The notes beneath the pieces are model-generated. The model ran no database searches. It was not told where the DNA came from and was given only the letters and a program-made list of their open reading frames with translations. From NCBI RefSeq assembly GCF_023566095.1, contig NZ_JAKNSP010000002.1: DNA of 24,000 nucleotides. The stretch is one strand, 5' to 3'. This DNA comes from Spiroplasma attinicola. Its GTDB lineage: Bacteria; Bacillota_I; Bacilli_A; Mycoplasmatales; VBWQ01. Shown here one piece after another: positions 1-12,464 of this stretch (the stretch's first letter is position 1; the number at the start of each line of letters is the position of its first letter). Made by a program: the position numbers and the translations under genes.

Positions 1-225
1 AATCAAATCTAGACCACTTTTAGAATCTAAAAGATTTCTTAAGATTTCACTAGAAAGAACTCTACTAACTCCAAAAATTTGATTTGCATCAAAACCATTC
101 ATTGATGGAAACTCATTAGTAGAAAAGCGCAAATGACCTGCACCAATAAAAATTAAACCTAAAATCATTAAGATAAATGCTGCTAGTAAAACATACAAAA
201 ATCTCTTATTAACTGCCTTTAACAT
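1..225 (-). CDS. hypothetical membrane protein, N-terminal part (gene runs off the window start)
   Basis: ATG at 225..223 preceded by GGAGA (235..231). Translation MLKAVNKRFLYVLLAAFILMILGLIFIGAG... has one N-terminal hydrophobic helix. The frame stays open to position 1. Confidence 0.6.
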   Translation of the reverse strand, partial: MLKAVNKRFLYVLLAAFILMILGLIFIGAGHLRFSTNEFPSMNGFDANQIFGVSRVLSSEILRNLLDSKSGLDLI

Positions 226-275
226 TACAATCTCCTTTCAATACTTTTTTAATTTATTAATACTAATCTTGACTA

Positions 276-929
276 TTATAGCATTACAATCAACAATAAT
301 AATACAACAATCGTAATTAAAACAATAATAATTATTGCAAAGAAAACAAAGCTAACTTTATAATTATTTTTCCCTTTAATTTTCAACTGCTGAAAATCAT
401 CTTGCAATTTATTACTATTGAATTTAATTTCTTTAATACTTTTTTCAAAATCTTGTGACAAATTGTCTTTTTGATATTTTTTTTCTAAAGCATAAACAAA
501 AGTATTAATATTTTTAATCTTACTTTCTAAATTCTTTTCAAATTCAACAATTTTTTGATTAATACTACCAATTAAAGTTGCATACTCTAAAGGATAATCA
601 ACTAAAGTTTTATCAATCGCAAAGTCTTGTGTTTTTGGTTGATATGATTCAAAAATATTATTTAAATCAGATAAAAGTTTAATTAATAAATATTTATCTT
701 TTGGTGTTAAATATTGATAATTATTTTTTAAAAGCATACTATCCAAATTAATTAACTTTAAACTATCATTAAGTTTTTTAATAACAGGAGCAAAATAATC
801 TTTATTCAATTTTAATAATTGATTTTTATATTGTTCAAGTTTTTTTTCTTGCTCTCAAATCAAAGCATTTTCTTGAATTTCTTTCATAATTTGAATTCTT
901 AATTGTTGGTATTTTTCAACTCTTGTCAT
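276..929 (-). CDS. hypothetical coiled-coil protein with a single C-terminal transmembrane helix (tail-anchored)
   Basis: Track ORF 276..809 extends upstream through one in-frame TGA to the ATG at 929..927 (MTRVEKYQQLRIQIMKEIQENALIW...). The body is K/E/Q-rich and helical. The C-terminus is VSFVFFAIIIIVLITIVVLLLLIVML. It lies 44 nt downstream of smc on the same strand with no terminator between. Confidence 0.7.
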
Positions 930-973
930 TTTATCTACCTCAACTTATTAACTTATTAATTTAAGAAAATAAT

Positions 974-3952
974 TTAATCTAAACTAACAGTAATCGATTC
1001 AGATTGTTGAAGATCTGAAATTATTGTTTTTTTAGCATCTGATAATTTAATATTAACCATTTTTGTCACTCCTTGATTTTCCATCGTTGTGCCATATAAA
1101 ACATCACAATTTTCCATTGTTCCTGGTCGGTGAGTAACAATAATAAATTGCGTTGTTTGTGAAAAATTGCGAACATAACGAGCAAATCGTTCTAAGTTAG
1201 CTGGATCTAAAGGAGCTTCTACTTCATCTAAAATTGTTAATGGCAAAGGTTTAACTTTTAAAATTGCAAATAAAACTGATAAAGCAACTAAAGATTTTTC
1301 ACCACCTGATAATAAATTTAAATTACTAATTCTTTTACCTGGTGGATTAGCTAAAACTTCAATTCCCGTTGTTAAAATATTATCAGGTTGACTATATTTT
1401 AATTGACAATTTCCACCACCAAATAAAGTTTGAAAAGTTTCAGGTAAGACATGATTAATTTGTTTAATCGTTTCATCAAACTTTTCTACCATAATTTTGT
1501 CCATTTCATCAATTGCTTGCAACAATTCTTTAACAGCTGCTGTTAATTCTTGATGTTTACCTTTTAAATTTTGATAGCGTTCATTTTCAGTTTCATATTC
1601 TTCAATCGCATTAAGATTAACAAATCCTAAATCTTCTAAATCATTGCGTAATTTGAATACTAATTCTCGTGCTTCTGCTTCATTATCCAATGGTTTATGA
1701 TAAAGTTCTTGGGCACGATCAAAAGTTAAATGATAAGCGTCAACTAAACGCTTTAAAATTTGTTCAAGTTTATTTTCTAACTGAACCTTTTCTAATTTAT
1801 CACTATTTAAATTACCGACTATATTATTATATTCTTGAGTAAATTGATAAACTTCATTTTCTAATCCTTGCATTTCGGTTAAGCCTTGATGTTTTTCTTG
1901 TCTTAAGGTTTGTAATTGCAAAGTAAAATTTTCTTGTTGATATTTATTTTTTTGGTATTGAGCAAAAATATCATTTAATTCTTGATTATCATCTAAAACA
2001 ATTTTTTTGCCAGTTAAACTTTGATATTCAGTTGACAATACTTGTGAACGATTTTCTAAATCAAGAATTTCAGAATTTAATTTACTAATCGTTAAATCTG
2101 TCTTTGCCTTTTGTGCTTGTAAAGAATTAATTTCTGTCTCAAAACTAGAACTTTGAACATTAAGATTGACTAATTCTACTTCTAAATCTTTAATTTCCGT
2201 TCTGATTGTTTCTAAATTATTATCTTTTCTTAATAAATTAAGATTGCTATTTTGTCTTTGAAAGCCACCAACAATTGCTCCACCTGCTTTAATCAATTGG
2301 CCATCTAAAGTGACACATTGATATCTTGCAGCCATTAATTTAGAAATATCTCGAGCATTATCTAAAGTTTCACAAACAATTGTTCTTGCTAATAAAAAAT
2401 CAATTGCTTTTTGATATTCACTACTTTTTGTTTTAACTAAATTATTAGCAAAAGCAATAAATCCTAATTGACTATTAACAATAATAACATCTTCTTGACT
2501 AATTGTTCGGGTTTGAATTGTATTTAATGGTAAGAATGTCGCAATTCCTGCTCGATTTTCTTTTAAAAAATTAACTGCTTTCGTCGCATCTTTATCAGTT
2601 TTAGTAACAATATTTTTTAAATTATTACCAAAAATAACAGCAATTGCTTGTTGATATAATTCTGGTACTTCAATTAAATTAGCAATCGTATCAATAACAC
2701 CATATAAACTATTACGATTATCTAAAATTGTTTCAACAGCAAAGTTTTTTTGTCTTTCTCGCTCTTGATTCGAAACAAAAAAATCTAAACTAGTTCGTGC
2801 TTTACCCAAAGTTATAAATAAATCATTTCGGGAAATTGAAACATCATCTCTTTGTAAAATGAAATTAGCTAATTTATCATTTAATAGTTTTAAATTTTCT
2901 TGTTCTTGTTCTTTAATTATTTTCTTATGACTAATAATATTTAATAAATCTTGAATATTAGCTTTTAGTTTACTAATTTCGGAAAGATTTTTTGCTTTAT
3001 CTTGTGCTTGCTTTGCTTGATCTTGCAAAACTTTTTTTTGTTGTTCCAAAATATTTAATAAATTATTAATATTAGTTAAATTCATTTCAACACTATTAAT
3101 ATTTTTTTCTAATTCATAATTTCGATTTCTTAAAAATTTGACTTTTTCTTGATGATTATTAATTTTTAACTTTAATGATTGATCAATTTGTTCATTTTTT
3201 AAAATATTATTAGTTAAGACTTTTAACTGATTTTTAAACATTTGACCATCTTTTACTAAAAGGGTAATTTCATATTGTTTTAAAGTATTACTAATCGCAA
3301 GATAATTTTTTGCTTTTTCTGCTTGTTTAGCTAATGGTTCAATTTTTCTTGAAATTTCACTAACAATATCTTCAACTCTAACTAAATTTTCATTAGTTCG
3401 TTCTAATTTTCTTAAACTTTCTTCTTTTCTTTTCTTATATTTTGCTACACCTGCTGCTTCTTCAAACAAAGTTCGTCGTTCTTCTGGTTTGCTATCGGCA
3501 AATTTTGAAACATTACCTTGACTAATAATTGCTAATGAACCTTTACTTAAACCAGTATCAATTACCAAATTTTGGACATCTTTTAAACGAACACGATTTT
3601 TATTAATATAATATTCATTTTCAGAACTATTACGATAAACTTTTCTCGTAATTGCAATTTCATTAAACTCTGAGTTAAAAATTTTACTACTATTATCAAA
3701 AACTAATGTTACTTGTGCCATATTTAATGGCGCCTTTCCTTGTGCACCATTAAAAATAATATCGTCAGCTTTTTCACCTCTTAATGATTTAACAGATTGT
3801 TCACCAAGAACTCAGCGAATTGCATCATTAATATTAGACTTACCAGAACCATTCGGCCCAACAATGCCAACAATATTAGTATTGAACTCAATTTTTAAAT
3901 CATCAGCAAATGATTTAAAGCCATGTGCTTCAATTCTTTTTAAAAATGCCAT
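974..3952 (-). CDS. smc: chromosome segregation ATPase SMC
   Basis: Track ORF 974..3721 extends through a TGA to the ATG at 3952..3950, giving 992 aa. The N-terminus is MAFLKRIEAHGFKSF...[25 protein letters not shown] (Walker A; the conserved Trp is TGA-encoded). Long coiled coils and a hinge follow. The C-terminus has LSGGEKSL (signature) and LTILDEVEAPLD (Walker B). Confidence 0.97.
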
Positions 3953-4174
3953 AAATATTCTCACCTATAATATTGAATTTAATAAATTTATTTCATTTTA
4001 TCACGGATTAACCTTTAAAACTGAGATAGTAATTATAAAAAAAGCAAAAATATTAAAACATTGGAAAGTATAAATTCAACTAATAGTGTTAATTTTATAA
4101 CAAAATTATAATATTACAGAAAAAAACCATTATAATATATATTAGATAAATAAGAAAGTTAAGCAAAATAAATT

Positions 4175-4999
4175 ATGATAAGCAATCTTAATAACCAAAT
4201 TAATAACTTACCAGAATTAATGCTTCTATTAATTTTGCCTTTTTCTTTTTTAATTTTAGTAGTTAAAATTAATCTTACTTTAATAACTAATTATCAAAAA
4301 AAACATTGAAAAAAAAATTACTTAGATAAAACAAATTTAGTTTATGAAAAGATTTTACTAATTAGTTTTCAAGTTTTAATTATTATTTTGAATAAACAAA
4401 TTAATAACATCTTTTTAAGTCAATTAGTGCCATTCTTATCGTTAATCTTATTTTTACAATTTATAATTTGCTTTACTTTTTTAGTTAAAAAAAATCAAAA
4501 AAATAAAATGACAAACAATATTTCAAATTTTAGTTTTATGATTCTAATTATTATTATTTTTAGTCAATTTATTATTATTTCCTGAAAATTACAAAACTTA
4601 TTATTTACTAATATTAATAATTTTATTGGTATTACTATGATTTATAGTATTTTTATTATTTTCGTTTATAAAATTTTTAAACAAAACTTACTAGTAATCA
4701 AACACTTAATAAGTGAAACCTATAAAATTTTAGTTAATAAAAAAAATCAAGAACTAAATAAAGTAAAAAAATCTTTAACAATCTGAGAAGCATCACCCCC
4801 AGGAGTTACTAATTTATGAGACTTTACTAATCGAAGTAACAATCAAGATGAAGTAAATAATCCTTTTAATGAAAATAAAAAAACAATTAAAACACAATTG
4901 ATTTTATTTATTATCGCTTGCATTAATCATACTAATAAAAATATTACTAAATTACAAAAAATTATTATTAATGGCTGAAAAATTAGTTTAATTGAATAA
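4175..4999 (+). CDS. hypothetical multi-pass membrane protein
   Basis: ATG at 4175 is in frame with track ORF 4388..4585. Reading through 6 in-frame TGA codons gives 274 aa ending at TAA 4997..4999, with several hydrophobic segments. I recognise no family. Confidence 0.6.
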
Positions 5000-5044
5000 A
5001 GTCCTTAGCTTAATTTATTGAAAATTTTAAGAAAGGAAAAAATA

Positions 5045-8000
5045 ATGAAAGAGACAAAAGAAAATCTTAATGAACAAGAAAATGAAACAACAATAACTGA
5101 TTTGACAAAAGAAGATGAAGTAAATACAAATATTGAAACATTAACAAAATCAGACACAGTTAAGAAAAATCGTCATAGCTTATTGTTATTCAAAAATGCT
5201 GCTAAGCAAGCATTTCGTAATAAAATCCAATTGATTGGTTTAGCAGTTTTAGTATTGCTTTCATCAACAATTTTTTCGTTAATGCAAACTAGTTTAGTAC
5301 GAGTTGATAGCCAATATGATGCTTTAATTTCTGAAAAACAATCTAATATTCATGACTTTATTTTAGATCCTTATAATACAGCAAAATTAACAAATAATTT
5401 GGAACAACCAGAACATCCAACTCATCCTGATGATAATGCAGCAATTGTTGAAGATCAACAATTATATTTAAATCAAATTGCTCAAAATCCTAATAATAGT
5501 TTTATTTGAGAACGAATTGAAGCTAGAACTTTGCAACTTAATAATAACAATGATCCAAAAGTTTTAAAGTTAGTTACTTATAATAAAGATGCTCGAATTG
5601 ATAAATTAGTAATAAGCAAAGGTTTTAATATTGGTGAAAATGCTAATGAAATTGTTCCAACTGAAAAACAAACAGTTGTTAATAAAGAATTTGCTAATAA
5701 AAACAATTTAAAAATTGGCGATATTATTAGAGTTCAATCAGATAATAAAGGTAATACTTTAAAAGTAGAGGCAAACTTTGATATTAATAATCCCGAATAT
5801 GCTAATTATAATTGATTAAAAATTGTTGGTTTTGGAACATCGGCTGACTTTATTACCCCAATTATTGACAAAACAACTCCCTTACCAAATAAATCTAAAG
5901 AAGGAATTTTATATGTTGATCCAACTAAGTTTGGTTTTGATAGTAGATTAAAAGTTGATAATAATGGTAAGGTACTTGATGAAAACAATCCAACAGATCA
6001 AGCAATTATTAAAGATCCAACAAAATGAAATTCATTATGATTTCATAATAAAAATAAAGAATTAATTAGTGCTGGTTCTAGCAGTGATGCTGAAATTTAT
6101 TATGTTGGTAAATCAACAATGAAAAAGAAAAATAATATTTCTGAAATATCAAACTTCTTTAAAGACCGATATGTTAATACTACTGATTCAACAGCAAATT
6201 TAGTCTATCGTCTTGGTGATAGTAATTATCGTTTTAATAGTCGTACGGCAATCTTACCAAAAACAATTAAATCTTTTAAATCATTATTAATTGCTTTATT
6301 ATTAATTGTTTTAGTTATTACTGGTATTACCGTTATTTTAGTTACTTATAAAAATATTGATAATTCAAAACCACAAATTGGAATTTTAAAATCAGTTGGT
6401 TATTCTAATTGAAAAATTTTAATTACATCCTTAGCTTATCCAATGATTGCTGCTTTTATTGGGACAATTCTTGTTTTCCTACCGGCAACAGGTTTACAAA
6501 TTTTAGTTGTCAATACTTTTGCTAATTATTTCAACCTAAACTTTGGTACATTTGTCTTTAATGGCTTAGGTTATCTTTATTGTTTACTTTTAACTTTTGG
6601 ATTTTTATCAATTATTGCTTGAGTTATTAGTGCTTTAACAGTAATTCAAAATCCAATTGCTTTAATTAAAAATATTTCAGTCTCACGAGATTCAAAATTT
6701 ACTAAAGTCATTAAAAAAAGTAGTGCCAATGCTAAATTCTTTACAAGATTTAGATTAGCTTTATTTACTTCTTCAATTGGTAAAATGTCAGCAGTATTCT
6801 TAACAATGTTTTTAGGAACAATCTTAATGACAACTGCAATCATTGGACCAAAAATTATGAGTGACAACCAAAAAGTTACTTATACTGGCATGAATTATAA
6901 AACTTTAACAGAATATGTTAATCCAACTTATAACTCACCATTTAGTTTTTATAAAACTTACAATCCTAATACTGATCCTTGAAAATATAAAGCAACAACA
7001 ATTGATGGTAATACTTATAGTTATCCCGATAGAAGTGATTCAAAATTTGCCCAAGAATTATTTAACAATAGTATTAATTCTGAGGCTTACGCACCAATTT
7101 ATGCCAATCCAAATGATGCTAGTGCTTTAACTATGCTATCTATGAATGGTTTATCTTATTTTTACGGTAAAATGGTTACAAAAGATTTTCTTACTAGTTT
7201 AGATACAAGTACTAGCAGTCCATTCCTGATTGGTTTCATTTTAAATCTTGCTTGACCTGAAGCAGTACCAATTCATACGCTTGCTGAAACTTCTGGTAAT
7301 ATTTACAATTTAGAAAATTATCAAAATGCAAGAACTTTTTATATTAATTATCGTTCAACAATTGCTATGGACTTAAATCCGGCAGTTCGTGATGATGGTA
7401 ATGAAAAATTACTTAATAAAGATAAACTTATAACTTTTGCTAAGACTGCTGGCTATGGTGTTGGTGGTTGAAATACTGATCCAGCAAACTTTCAAGCAGA
7501 ATTAAACAATTTTGCCTTTGATACAAGTGATGGACAATATCCATGACATATTACAAATGAACAAGATTTATTTGCTCATCCTAATCCAAGTAATGATGAA
7601 ATGCAAAATCAATGAATTAGAAAAATTTTAATTTGATTTTATAGTTTATTTTATAACCGAGTTGGACAAGCTGTAGCACAAGGAACATATACTAAAACAC
7701 CATACTTTATAAAACAAAACTTAGCAACAGCGTTTGAAAATGAAAATAGTAAATTTAATGTTAGTTTCAATGTTGTTCCCTTTGCTAAAGAAACTGATGA
7801 ATTAGGAACTTACTTTGTTGGTACACCTAATAAATTATTTAATAATAAACAATATCCAATTAAAATTTATGGTTTACAAAATGAAAGTGAATTACAAAAA
7901 AAATCATTAATGCAATTAACTAATAGCAAAGGTAAGAGTTTAAATAATCTTTTAGAAAAAAATAATGACGATGGAACAAAAAACATTGTTATTAATCAAA

Positions 8001-9229
8001 CCGTTGCTAAACAATTAAAACTGAAAGAAAATCAAATATTTTCAATGGCACCAAATGGTAATATTTTAATGACAAATCAAGATCCAAATTATCCAAATCA
8101 ATATACTAACATTGATGTTGATAAAATTAATTTTGATAATATTAATAATCTTGGCGATGATGATAAACCTCTTGCCGGAGAAAACAATGCTTCACTTGTT
8201 ACACAAAATACAACATATGACCAAATTCCTAGTACTAGTTCTGGTGCTTATCCAAATTTAGGTGTTGATGCAACACCAATGGTAAAAGAAGTTGATCAAG
8301 GTAATGTTGTCATTAATCATGATACAGAAATGCGTAAATTTAAAGTTGCAGGAATCTATAATGGCTACGGCCAACCAACAGCGTATATTTCAAAAGATAA
8401 TGCTGACGAATTATTACATTATGATGAATCAAAAAAAGCATTATACCAAATCTTTAAACGAGAATGACAATATAAAGATACTGTTAGTTTCAATGGTACA
8501 AGTGTTGACTTTGGTAGCTTACAAAATATGGCAAGCTATAATGACTTTAACGAAAACATCAGCGATAATGATCCCTTAAAAACTATCTTTAATAATGAAT
8601 TTCCAATTTTTAATTTTAAATTTTCAAATTCTAATGAATTAGTTGATACAACTCAAACATTCTCAATTTCGCAAGCATATGGTGATTATAGTGCACTTGG
8701 AATGAATGGTGGCGTTGATGCAAATAATCCAAATAAAGCCTATTCTGTTTATGGTGATGGAACCGCTGTTAATATCCTACCATTGTATATTCACAAACAA
8801 TTACTAGAACAAATTACCCAATTAGTTGATACAATTTTATTATTCTTTATAATTTTTTCATTAGTCATTTCATTCTTTATTATTTTATTAACAAGTAACT
8901 TAGTTATTTATGAAAATCGCAAAATTATTGCAACAATGAAAACATTAGGGTATAGTAATGCTAAGATTACTAATATTGTTATTGGGATGTATTTACCAAC
9001 CATTGTTGTAACTTGAATTATCGGTGTCCCTGTTGGTTGAGCAATTATTAGTTCAATTATTAAATTATTAGCATATAATACAAGTTGAGTATTACCATTA
9101 TTCTTTGCTTGGTGATTACCAGTTGTTATTGGTTTAATTGTTGTCGGAATTTATGCAATTACATTTGTAATTGAATGACAAACAACAAAAAAAATTCAAC
9201 CATTAGCAATCTTAAATGAAACTAATTAG
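5045..9229 (+). CDS. ABC transporter permease, MacB/FtsX-type, duplicated FtsX modules with large extracytoplasmic domains (1394 aa)
   Basis: Track ORFs 5018.., 5531.., 6119.., 6785.., 7910.. and 8528.. are all in the same frame (position mod 3 = 2). The gaps I translated by hand (5816-6118, 6983-7180) contain only TGA, no TAA or TAG. ATG 5045 follows AAAGGAAAA; stop is TAG 9227..9229. Two FtsX-like blocks are present: ILKSVGYSNWKILITSLAYP... and MKTLGYSNAKITNIVIGMYLP..., each followed by TM helices. Confidence 0.85.
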
Positions 9230-9239
9230 GAGGAAAAAT

Positions 9240-10136
9240 ATGGCAAAAATTGAAAAAAACAAAAAAAATACTGATCAAAGTTTAATCAAAGAAAATGAAA
9301 AAAAAGTACGAAAAGAATTTAAAAATAGTGCAAAAAACTTAAATAAAATTACTAAAACACACTCACAAGCAATTTTAACAGGAAAAATTGTTTCAATTAA
9401 TAACAATATTCCCAATACGGAAGAAAACATTATTGAATTATTTGATGTTAAAAAATCTTACTTAACTGGAGATTTAGAATATGAAGTTTTAAAAGGTGTT
9501 AATTTAGCAATTAAAAAAGAAACCTTTGTTGTAATTTTAGGCCCTAGTGGTTCTGGTAAAACAACATTGTTAAATATTATTTCTGGTTTGGATAAAGCTA
9601 ATCAAGGTGATGTTTTTGTTTCAGGTTATAATTTATCTTTATTAAAAGATAACCACTTAACAAAATTCCGACGAGATAATGTTGGCTTTATTTTTCAACA
9701 ATATAATTTATTAACTAATTTAACAGCAAAAGAAAATGCTGAAGTTGGTGAAAACTTAGCAAAAGAAAAAAATAAAGCATTAGGGATTGATGAAATCTTT
9801 AAAGTAATTGAAATGGACGAACATATGAATAAATTTCCAAGTCAATTATCTGGTGGTCAACAACAAAGAGTTTCAATTGGTCGTGCTTTAGCAAAAAATC
9901 CAAAAATCTTATTTTGTGATGAACCAACTGGTGCTTTAGACGAAGAAATGGGTCGTAAGGTTTTAGAAATTTTATTAAATGTTAATAAAGAATTTAAAAC
10001 TTCAGTAATTATGGTTACTCATAATCCAAATTTCCAATATGTTGCTGATACAGTTATTAATGTTCGTAATGGAGCAATTACTAGTGTCAAACATAATCCT
10101 AATCCGAAAAAACCAAGTGAAATTAATTGAGGATAA
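9240..10136 (+). CDS. ABC transporter ATP-binding protein (MacB/LolD-like)
   Basis: ATG 9240 is preceded by AGGAGG (9229..9234). Motifs: Walker A GPSGSGKTT, signature LSGGQQQRV, Walker B ILFCDEPTGALD, H-loop VTHN. The track end at 10130 is a TGA; the true stop is TAA 10134..10136. There is a Lys-rich N-terminal extension of about 70 aa. Confidence 0.93.
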
Positions 10137-10144
10137 CAAAATAA

Positions 10145-10178
10145 AAATATGGTCAAATAAAATTGACCATATTTTTTT
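10145..10178. terminator. bidirectional rho-independent terminator between convergent genes
   Basis: Perfect 12-bp stem AAATATGGTCAA / TTGACCATATTT with a 6-nt loop. A T-run follows on the plus strand and an A-run precedes it, which reads as a T-run on the minus strand. Confidence 0.75.
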
Positions 10179-10196
10179 ATAATTTTAAATTGTTAA

Positions 10197-12035
10197 TTAA
10201 ACCGGAATAAAATTTAGTTCACTTTGATAATCAAAACGAATAGAATGCTTAACATAAGTACCATAAGCTTCTATTTGCATAGCAATTCTACCTTTTGCAG
10301 AAAATTCTTTATCTTCTTCATTAATTTTAAAATCATCATAAGTAATAACTACTGAATTTGGATCATAACCTTTTTCAATATTTCAAAATTTAAAATCTAC
10401 TTCCATTACCAGTTTAACTTCGTCATAAATAATATTTTGTAATATTTCATTTTGATTTAATTCCTCTTCAGGAAACTGAAAAGAGAATGAACGTATGTCT
10501 ATTTGTAATTGCTTAAAATAACTAAATCATGCATCACTTCATTCACTATCATCTTCATTTTTATCTAATTTAATTTTTATTTGTCTTAATAGATTACTAC
10601 GTTCTGTAGTCATAGAAATTTGTTTTACTGTAAGGATTAATTGCATTTCTTGATTTGTAATTGAACCATAATCATAATTAACTACTAATGATAATGTTTT
10701 AGCAGCAATCAAATCAGAATCTGCTAACTCATTACCTTCGTTAGTAAAAATTTTATTTACAACAAATAAATTATCATTAATAAGATTACTAGATGTTGCT
10801 ACTAAACGATCTTTAATAAATTTAGTATCAATTGTAGGAATTAATTGATTCACTGTCGTATTTAAATTAACTGATTTACTAAATCTAGTTGAATTAATTA
10901 TATCAACAGCTTCTTGATCATTCTCTACTGCTTTGTTAAAAAAAAAATTCATTAATGGATTAATAGTAATTCCTACTTGACCAATATATTTACTATTTGT
11001 TGTCGCAGAAATAACCACTGAACCAGGTGTAATATTAGTTGCTTTATTGAAGTATCTAATTTCAACATTTGTAATATTTAAACTAGGATTTAATCTAGCA
11101 ATTTCAGCTAAAATAGTTTTTTCATCATTAGCAACTGAACCTTCAATTGTTCTTTCAGTAATTACAGTACTTAACGCTGTTTTTGGTAAAGCATTAATAA
11201 CAATTGTTACTTCACCAGTATATTTAGTATTTTCTTTAGCAATAACTGTAAATTCTCCTGATGCATATTGTGATGCTGCTTTAAAGTCACCAACTTCAAC
11301 ATCATCAATATCTAAATCAAGATTTAATCTAGCAACTTCTTTTAATACAGTATCTTCATCATTAGCAGTTGCACCTTCAACTTCTCTAATACCAATAACA
11401 TCATTTAAATTAATTTTTGGTAAAACTGTAATAGTGATAGTAACTTCACCAGTATATTTTGTCCCTTCCAAAGCAGAAATAACAGCTGTTCCTTCTTTAA
11501 CTTCTGTCGCTTTAGTGAAGTTTGTCACTTCAACATCTTCAGCTGTTAATCGTGGATTCAAATATCCAATTTGTCTAAGTAGCGCTTCTTCAGTAGGAGC
11601 AACTTGTCCTTTAACTTGAGCAACAGTAATAACACTTCTTAATTCAATTTTTGGTACAGGTGTAATAGTAATTCCTACTACTCCACTATAATCACTTCCA
11701 ATTTTGGCAGCAACCATTGCTGCTCCTGGTGAAATTTCAGTTGGTTTATAAAAACTTGTCACTTCAACATCAGCAATTCTTAAATCAGGATTTAAAATAA
11801 GAAGTTGTGCTAATAAAGAAGTTTCATCACTAGCATCCTTACCTTCAATTTCTCTTACTTTAATTACATTATTCAATAATGTCTTAGCAGCAACAATAAC
11901 TGAATGATGATTAGTTAAAGTATTTTTATCTGATGCTGGTGCTACTGAATGATTAGTAAAAGTACTAACTGATACTGGCACAACTCCTAACAAGCTAATT
12001 GTTGCCAACATCACTTTAAAACTCGATTTTTTCAT
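10197..12035 (-). CDS. secreted or surface protein with four tandem 78-aa repeats (612 aa)
   Basis: ATG 12035..12033 follows GGGAGGG. The N-terminus MKKSSFKVMLATISLLGVVPVSVS is a signal or anchor sequence with no Cys, so there is no lipobox. The track ORF end at 10539 is a TGA; the frame continues to TAA 10199..10197. Repeats are listed separately. Confidence 0.85.
10953..11876 (-). repeat. four tandem in-frame repeats, 234-nt / 78-aa period (last copy 74 aa)
   Basis: Aligned units are LNNVIKVREIEG...VGITITPVPKIE, LRSVITVAQVKG...VTITITVLPKIN, LNDVIGIREVEG...VTIVINALPKTA and LSTVITERTIEG...VGITINPL. The shared pattern is L..VI....(I/V).G......E..(L/I)L..(I/V)..LNP.L...DVEV..F.KAT....G...I.A...(S/T)KYTG.V.ITI. 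Confidence 0.9.
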
Positions 12036-12070
12036 AATTCCCTCCCTAAGCATTTATAATGCTAATTAAC

Positions 12071-12099
12071 ATTATATCTTTACAGTCAGTTTCGGTCAA
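12071..12099 (-). promoter_or_regulatory. sigma70-type promoter for the repeat-protein gene
   Basis: The minus strand reads TTGACC, a 17-nt spacer, then TATAAT (complement of 12099..12094 and 12076..12071). The -10 box lies about 36 nt upstream of the start codon. Confidence 0.6.
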
Positions 12100-12123
12100 T
12101 AATTTTAATATTTTATTTAAGCA

Positions 12124-12154
12124 AATAAAAAAGTTGTTTCTAAAAAACAACTTT
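12124..12154 (-). terminator. rho-independent terminator after sepF
   Basis: The minus strand has stem AAAGTTGTT / AACAACTTT with a 7-nt loop, followed by a T-rich run. It lies directly after the sepF stop at 12159. Confidence 0.65.
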
Positions 12155-12158
12155 ACAA

Positions 12159-12464
12159 CTATTTATTAAGTTTAAACTCATAAATATCAACACCATTTTT
12201 TTTAATATCTAAATCTAAAACATAAGCAATACCACAAAGAAAATCAATAATTCTTCTACGATCACCAATGATTGTATTTTGTAAATTTAATTTAACTGAT
12301 TTTCTTGCTACCAAAGCATTAGCAATTAATTCAACTTCTTCATAAGTTTTTGGAGTAAATTCTTTAATTAACTCCATTGCTGCATCTTTATTATCATAAA
12401 GATTAGTTGCTGGTAAAGAAGCAGTATCATCAGTTGTTTGATTTTTACTCTTTCATCAACCCAT
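12159..12464 (-). CDS. sepF: cell division protein SepF
   Basis: Track ORF 12159..12377 extends through two TGA codons to the ATG at 12464..12462 (MGWWKSKNQTT...). The C-terminal domain TYEEVELIANALVARKSVKLNLQNTIIGDRRRIIDFLCGIAYVLDLDIKK matches the SepF/DUF552 pattern. The start codon abuts the ftsZ stop (TAAATG). Confidence 0.85.

Noticed and set aside
3864-4073. 69-aa plus-strand ORF
   Set aside because: Its first 90 nt are antisense to the conserved Walker A end of smc and the rest is promoter region. It has no RBS and no recognisable product.
5018-5044. Longer upstream starts used by the track (5018 TTG, 9216 ATG, 12053 ATG, 14968 ATG)
   Set aside because: In each case an internal ATG a few codons downstream has a properly spaced purine-rich RBS. 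9216 would also overlap the permease stop. These remain possible alternatives.
5806-8579. Track ORFs 5806..5988 (-), 6646..6867 (-), 6915..7130 (+) and 8292..8579 (+)
   Set aside because: All lie inside the 1394-aa permease gene in other frames or on the other strand, and none has an RBS.
11047-11619. 190-aa plus-strand ORF inside the repeat-protein gene
   Set aside because: It is antisense to a well-supported gene with a signal peptide, RBS and promoter. Its product is low-complexity (S/T/V/A-rich) and mirrors the periodic repeat. It has no RBS.
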